Positions 33,055 to 34,369 of a stretch of 34,369 nt of DNA are shown here, one piece after another. The DNA is from Basidioascus undulatus. Its lineage: Eukaryota. Position 1 is the stretch's first letter; the number at the start of each line of letters is the position of its first letter. A program made the position numbers and the translations under genes. Where the stretch lies: positions 1 through 34,369 of the forward strand of contig JTLS01000077.1 of NCBI GenBank assembly GCA_000826855.1, in the 5' to 3' direction. The notes beneath the pieces were generated by a model. It was not told the origin of the DNA. It saw nothing but the letters and a program-made list of their open reading frames with translations, and ran no database searches.

Positions 33055-34291
33055 ATGCCTCGGCGCGCAAAGGCGCAGTATCATACGCGCCTGAAATCAT
33101 ACACGACCCCGCCCTCCTCGACGCCCTCGCCTGCAAGCCAGCATGATCCCCCGCCAGTCAAGCAGGTGACCGAGAAGCTCTGGGAGCTGCGGTGAGTCGC
33201 CACTGTCTCTTCGCGACATGTACTCACTTGTCTGATCGTGAATCTTGATCGCAATTCACAGGATGGAGAGCCGTCCCCGTACGCGTGCGACACCTCCTCA
33301 CGTCCCCGTCACGGCCGGAGCCTCCACGCCGCTCTCGGTCGAGCTAGACACGCATGCGCCCGCGCATGCGTACACCGTCTCCCTCCCCCAGACGCTTTCG
33401 CGCCTCGCCGAAGCGTCCGCGGCGCGCGGATTGCGGCGCAAAGTGGCGGGGCCGGTCCCGCGCGGGTGGGCGCCGCTCCTCCGTGGCGAGCGCGGCGTGG
33501 GCGGTGCCTCCTCATCCTCTGCGCGGGGCGCTGATTCGAGGGACGGGAACATGCCTGGCCTGGGGGAGAGGCGGAGGCGCAGAGCGGAGTTCGTGAGGCG
33601 CTCTGGGCGTGAGGCGGAGGAGGGGCGCGACGGGGACGCAGTGGCGGTCCCCTCGCTCCTCAACTTGACGCTCCGGCTCATCGCGTCCGACTTGGCCGAG
33701 CCGCGGTCATCGTGCCTCTGGGACGTAGTGCCGTATATCCCTGCGCATCTGAAGGGCCGCCTTCTGGCGCAGGCGAGCGTGTATGCACCCCTGGGGGACG
33801 CGGCGGTCCGCCAGGTGTTGCGGAGACCTGTGGACGCAGACCTGGACGTGGAGGAGCTGGAGGCAGGGGCTGCGGCGGCGGACGAGTGGGATGAGGTGGG
33901 AGAAGAGTGCGACTTGAGCTGGAGCGGCGCAGCATGGGGCACCGCCAAGGCGCTCCTTTCTCCTCGCACGGCATCTTCCCCCTCTATTTCTACATCACAC
34001 GCCTCCCAATTCGGCGCCTCCGCCGAGTCCTGGGACAGCGACCTGACCCCTTCAACCCCCTCCACAACGCTCCAGCACCTCCTTCTCCCCCCCTCCCCCC
34101 TCCCCCCAATGCGAACTCACATCAAGCACCCTCAACCCCCCCTGCCCCAGTCCCAGCACCAGCTCCTCCTCGACCTCGCCAATCTCGTTATTCCCCAGCT
34201 TCAGGACCGTCAAATCCACCTCCTCAAACCACTTCGGCCCGTCCTCATACCGCTCCCTTTCCTCCCACTTCGATTTGGCAGAAGGGGGTGA
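33055..34291 (+). CDS. Fungal hypothetical protein, apparently truncated near 34085 and reading on into the antisense of the next gene (exons 33055-33191, 33262-34291)
   Basis: Canonical intron. Motifs RRKVAGPVPRGW and VPSLLNLTLRLIA..VPYIPAHLKGRLL resemble the PSL..L elongin/LRR-associated type. After STTLQHLLL the frame is the reverse complement of an LRR exon. Confidence 0.62.
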
Positions 34292-34369
34292 CCAGGTGGC
34301 TGTGATCCTCTTGCGGGGGGATGGCGTAGGGGTCAAGGGGCGGAGGTAGGTTGGTTCGGAGGGGGTGGC
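34121..34369 (-). CDS. Internal exon of a leucine-rich-repeat protein entering from the right edge; no downstream exons found
   Basis: Open frame from the window edge: ...GPKWFEEVDLTVLKLGNNEIGEVEEELVLGLGQGGLRVLD, a clear LxxLxLxxNxI repeat. Ends at a GTGAGT donor at 34120. Confidence 0.68.

Noticed and set aside
33298..34065. 255-aa minus-strand ORF as the continuation of the LRR gene
   Set aside because: It contains no LRR pattern and is the antisense shadow of the plus-strand gene.
1..34369. CRISPR arrays, tRNA or rRNA genes, prokaryotic operons or defence systems
   Set aside because: The window is spliceosomal-intron-rich fungal DNA; I saw no repeat-spacer array, cloverleaf or rRNA sequence.

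Overview
Intron-rich, GC-rich eukaryotic DNA from a fungus, most likely a basidiomycete (many short GTGCGT/GTGAGT/GTACGT...CAG introns, microexons, basidiomycete-style F-box and BTB genes). The ORF track misses most real genes, so the models below were spliced by hand. Intact genes: MIC10, an 84-aa single-TM microprotein, a PEX39-like KPWE protein, a head-to-head RPS30/RPL7 pair, trifunctional FOL1, a GT34 glycosyltransferase, a peroxisomal MaoC/hydratase-2 ending in SKL, a CCC1/VIT1 vacuolar iron transporter, an SDR, and two tandem 182-aa orphan paralogs. Four decayed ubiquitin-system genes lie between them: a 5'-truncated RING-SNF2 helicase, two F-box genes and a BTB gene. Best non-coding signals: a box C/D snoRNA in an RPL7 intron with a snR39B/SNORD2-type guide plus a second guide of unknown target, two long structured 5'-UTR introns, a 71-bp bidirectional promoter, and a CBC:HapX-like motif upstream of CCC1. 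At the right end two convergent genes appear to collide and truncate each other. I found no CRISPR, tRNA, rRNA or recognisable transposon. I cannot demonstrate a wholly new multi-gene system; the findings are the candidates most worth testing. All family assignments come from motif recognition, not database searches.
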